IMG/VR virus record: IMGVR_UViG_3300045988_138000
Strand: one strand, 5' to 3'
Source: a virus
Length of the DNA stretch: 64,000 nt
Shown in pieces: positions 62,183 to 64,000 of the stretch (within the stretch, counting starts at the first letter, position 1; each line of letters starts with the position of its first letter). Position numbers and translations under genes: made by a program. The notes under the pieces were generated by a model, which saw nothing but the letters and a program-made list of their open reading frames with translations, was not told the DNA's origin and made no database searches.

Positions 62183-62575
62183 ATCGTTTCCTTTCCTTTG
62201 AGGTAAAAAGTTACTAAATCTTTTTACCTATTTACTATTTCGTTTTACCTATTTACTAACTATTTTTCTTTACCTTGTACTTAAATCACTGAAAATCAGT
62301 AATTTCTCATAAACTCCTATAATATAGATAAGAAGAAACATATTTTTTCTTTATATATATATTTTAATAGTAAGGTAAAAATATTTAGTATATAGGTAAA
62401 AAGATTTAGTAAGATTTTACCTTATCGTCACCTTTCGAGTAAAGCAATTTAGTACTTCACATTTAAGGTAAAAAGATTTAGTAAAATTTTACCTTATCGT
62501 CACCTTATGGGTAAAGCGATTTTTCTTTCTTATGTTTGAGGTAAAAAGATTTAGTAAGATTTTACCTTAACCTTG
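62183..62575. repeat. iteron-type origin (oriV candidate)
   Basis: GGTAAAAAGATTTAGTAA(G/A)ATTTTACCTTA at 62395, 62467 and 62540 (72-73 bp period). Inverted GGTAAAAAG-N9-CTTTTTACC at 62202-62228. TTTTACCTATTTACTA twice. AT-rich TATATATATATTTTAATA at ~62352-62369. Confidence 0.75.
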
Positions 62576-62923
62576 AGAATATCTGTCGATAAACTCTATC
62601 ACTCCCTGGGCAGCCAGTTCCTGAAGCGTCTTACCCGTACATTCCTTCAGACGAGCCAAGCGGAAATAATAATCCATGGGGATTGTTACCTTTACACTTT
62701 TCTCTGTCTTTAAAGGTTGCATGGATAATGACTGTTGCGCTTCGGCTGTTGGCTGTTGGCTGCCAGTGGAAGAGGTGGTGGTAGCACTACCGCTCGCCGT
62801 ACCCGTTGAAGGCATAAAAAATGCCGACTGTTGCGAGGTCTGTCCTTGCTCGTATATTCCTTCTATTTTATCCATTGCGTCTGATTTATTCAAACCGAAT
62901 TTTTTTACATTTGGTCTTGCCAT
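62567..62923 (-). CDS. ParG/CopG-like ribbon-helix-helix partner of ParA (centromere-binding protein candidate)
   Basis: 118-aa ORF directly downstream of parA. Disordered Ser/Thr/Gln N-terminal half. C-terminal KVTIPMDYYFRLARLKECTGKTLQELAAQGVIEFI fits a beta-alpha-alpha RHH fold. Confidence 0.5.
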   Translation of the reverse strand: MARPNVKKFGLNKSDAMDKIEGIYEQGQTSQQSAFFMPSTGTASGSATTTSSTGSQQPTAEAQQSLSMQPLKTEKSVKVTIPMDYYFRLARLKECTGKTLQELAAQGVIEFIDRYSQG

Positions 62924-62980
62924 AATATTCTATTGATTAAAAGTCCTCAATTATTTGTATGAAATTATAACATGAGCTGC

Positions 62981-63853
62981 CTACTGAGGCATACTCTCTA
63001 AGATTTCTTTCGTAAATCGCTCATAGTCCTGCCCTACCCTGCAGTAAGGTGCATAAGAAAAAATGTCGGTACCCATCGCCTGAGCTTCCACCATCTTGGT
63101 ATCTCTGCGGGTATATGAATCGAACACGTAGTCATCGAACTTCTCGCTCAGATATTCCTTGAACTGACGCGTCGCCTTGGTCTGGTCATTACTCATCACC
63201 TCCAACAGTCCACGAATATCCAGGTCCTCATTCAGGTCTTCCCTGGTCTCTATCACGGCATTGGTGATTTCTGCAATACCCTTTGTGGCCAACACTTCCA
63301 ACTGGACGGGGATAACGACACTCGATGCCGCCGCCAGCGCATTATAGGTAAGCAGCGACATGGCTGGAGGGCAGTCTATCAATACGTAGTCGAAGGCATC
63401 CAGGATGCTGCTTACGCCCTCGTCTGCGAGTTCTGTGCCCTGCATCTCCTGTAATGGCTTCAATAGGATTTTACGAAGGGCCTTGCGAGGCACCGCCATC
63501 TGGTTAAGAAAGGGCTCGATGCTGACCATCTTCTGTGAGGCCGGAGCGAGGTAGATACCTTCCTGCATCTTATATACGGGCAGGGAGGTCTGGTTGATAA
63601 GAGCATCGTAGGTGGTAGGCTTATTGTCGCTGTTCACCTGGTCCCAACCGAAAAGGAAAGACAGACTGACCTGTGGGTCGAGGTCTACGAGTAAGATACG
63701 TGGCTTTCGCTCCTTTCCGTCTGCACCCTTTCCGAAGTACCCTTTACCGAAGCGACGCAGCCCTGTTGCTAAACTCTGTACCGTTGTGGTCTTGCCTACT
63801 CCACCTTTATGATTCACGAAGGCGAGTATTTCTTTCAATCTTGTTTCTGCCAT
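62981..63853 (-). CDS. parA: ParA-family partition ATPase
   Basis: Deviant Walker A FVNHKGGVGKTTT. ...LLVDLDPQ... ...VLIDCPP... 290 aa. Confidence 0.9.
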   Translation of the reverse strand: MAETRLKEILAFVNHKGGVGKTTTVQSLATGLRRFGKGYFGKGADGKERKPRILLVDLDPQVSLSFLFGWDQVNSDNKPTTYDALINQTSLPVYKMQEGIYLAPASQKMVSIEPFLNQMAVPRKALRKILLKPLQEMQGTELADEGVSSILDAFDYVLIDCPPAMSLLTYNALAAASSVVIPVQLEVLATKGIAEITNAVIETREDLNEDLDIRGLLEVMSNDQTKATRQFKEYLSEKFDDYVFDSYTRRDTKMVEAQAMGTDIFSYAPYCRVGQDYERFTKEILESMPQ

Positions 63854-63911
63854 AATCTTTTTATTTAATGAATAATCTATTCGATAATGCTATAATGTGT
63901 AACCAAATACA

Positions 63912-63980
63912 CCGAAGTACATAAGTACATTAGTACTAAAGTACGAACCTACGTATCTACGTACCTACATACGTACCTAT
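63912..63980. repeat. 8-bp-phased GTAC/ACGTAC repeats upstream of parA (centromere candidate)
   Basis: GAAGTACATAAGTACATTAGTACTAAAGTACGAACCTACGTATCTACGTACCTACATACGTACC. AGTAC occurs 4 times at an 8-bp period, then CTACGTA(C) units. Confidence 0.6.
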
Positions 63981-64000
63981 GATTTTTCATACGTGCAAAG

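Larger units (their letters stand above)
1..64000. mobile_element. segment of a tailed dsDNA phage genome carrying plasmid-type maintenance genes (putative phage-plasmid); Bacteroidota-like expression signals
   Basis: Large terminase, S49 protease-scaffold, capsid, 1796-aa tape measure, holin and GH108 lysin, plus Rep, iterons and ParA. TAnnTTTG -7 boxes and mostly SD-less starts. Confidence 0.8.

Noticed and set aside
62395-62575. Three ~31-40-bp repeats separated by ~32-bp spacers, resembling a mini CRISPR array
   Set aside because: - The spacers are related to each other (GAGTAAAGCAATTT versus GGGTAAAGCGATTT), so the true unit is a 72-bp repeat.
- The repeats are palindromic GGTAAAA...TTTTACC sites.
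- The array lies between rep and the par genes and has no cas genes nearby. It is better explained as iterons.
1-64000. Looked for a diversity-generating retroelement, retron, CRISPR-Cas, integrase, transposase or toxin-antitoxin pair
   Set aside because: - No ORF shows reverse-transcriptase (YxDD), tyrosine or serine recombinase, DDE, or Cas motifs that I can recognise.
- The paralogous repeats found (YopX x3, 43157/44598, and the internal duplication in 33968..34621) differ at all base types rather than adenine-specifically.

Overview
This window reads as about 64 kb of a tailed dsDNA phage genome. It carries a plasmid-style maintenance module at its right end, so it may be a phage-plasmid.

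Host signals point to Bacteroidota: several TAnnTTTG -7 promoter boxes, some with TTTG at -33, and mostly Shine-Dalgarno-less starts.

Layout. Most genes are on the minus strand.
- 1-5.3 kb: GC-rich late/lysis block. It holds a Dam-like methyltransferase, a GH108 endolysin and small Cys-rich membrane or secreted proteins.
- 5.5-6.4 kb: a LysR regulator that looks like cargo.
- 6.8-10.5 kb: head genes (S49 protease-scaffold fusion, capsid protein).
- 13.1-15 kb: nucleotide-metabolism genes (MazG, divergent ThyX, guanylate-kinase-like).
- 15.1-16.2 kb: a primase-like gene.
- 16.2-17.1 kb: a 0.9-kb repeat-dense non-coding region.
- 17.1-24.2 kb: an operon with a 1796-aa tape measure protein and a holin.
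- 24.4-30.7 kb: a rightward operon with a PAPS-reductase-like protein, two adenine methyltransferases and the large terminase.
- 30.8-58.4 kb: a long leftward early region of small genes. It includes three YopX paralogs, HNH, ASCH, a C5-methyltransferase, another methyltransferase and a radical SAM protein. It also holds replication genes: sliding clamp, an SSB-like protein, a 1226-aa primase-helicase and a DEDDh exonuclease.
- 58.5-64 kb: HTH regulator, lipoprotein, Rep, iteron origin, RHH protein, ParA and centromere-like repeats.

I recognised no rRNA, tRNA, CRISPR array, integrase, transposase, reverse transcriptase, portal or DNA polymerase.

Most interesting observations:
- G/C homopolymer tracts that split two (possibly three) DNA methyltransferase genes.
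- A 530-nt hairpin-rich untranslated spacer upstream of the primase-helicase gene.
- A thrice-repeated 3-prime element that shares its GGTAAAAAG core with the origin iterons and encodes an in-frame K-rich ...FLADF tail.
- Several tandem-repeat arrays and a conserved early-promoter module present three times.

Limits. All family names come from motifs I read in the translations; no BLAST or HMM search was run. CDS coordinates follow the supplied ORF track, with some starts moved. Coordinates of non-ORF features were hand-counted from ORF anchors and may be off by 1-2 nt.
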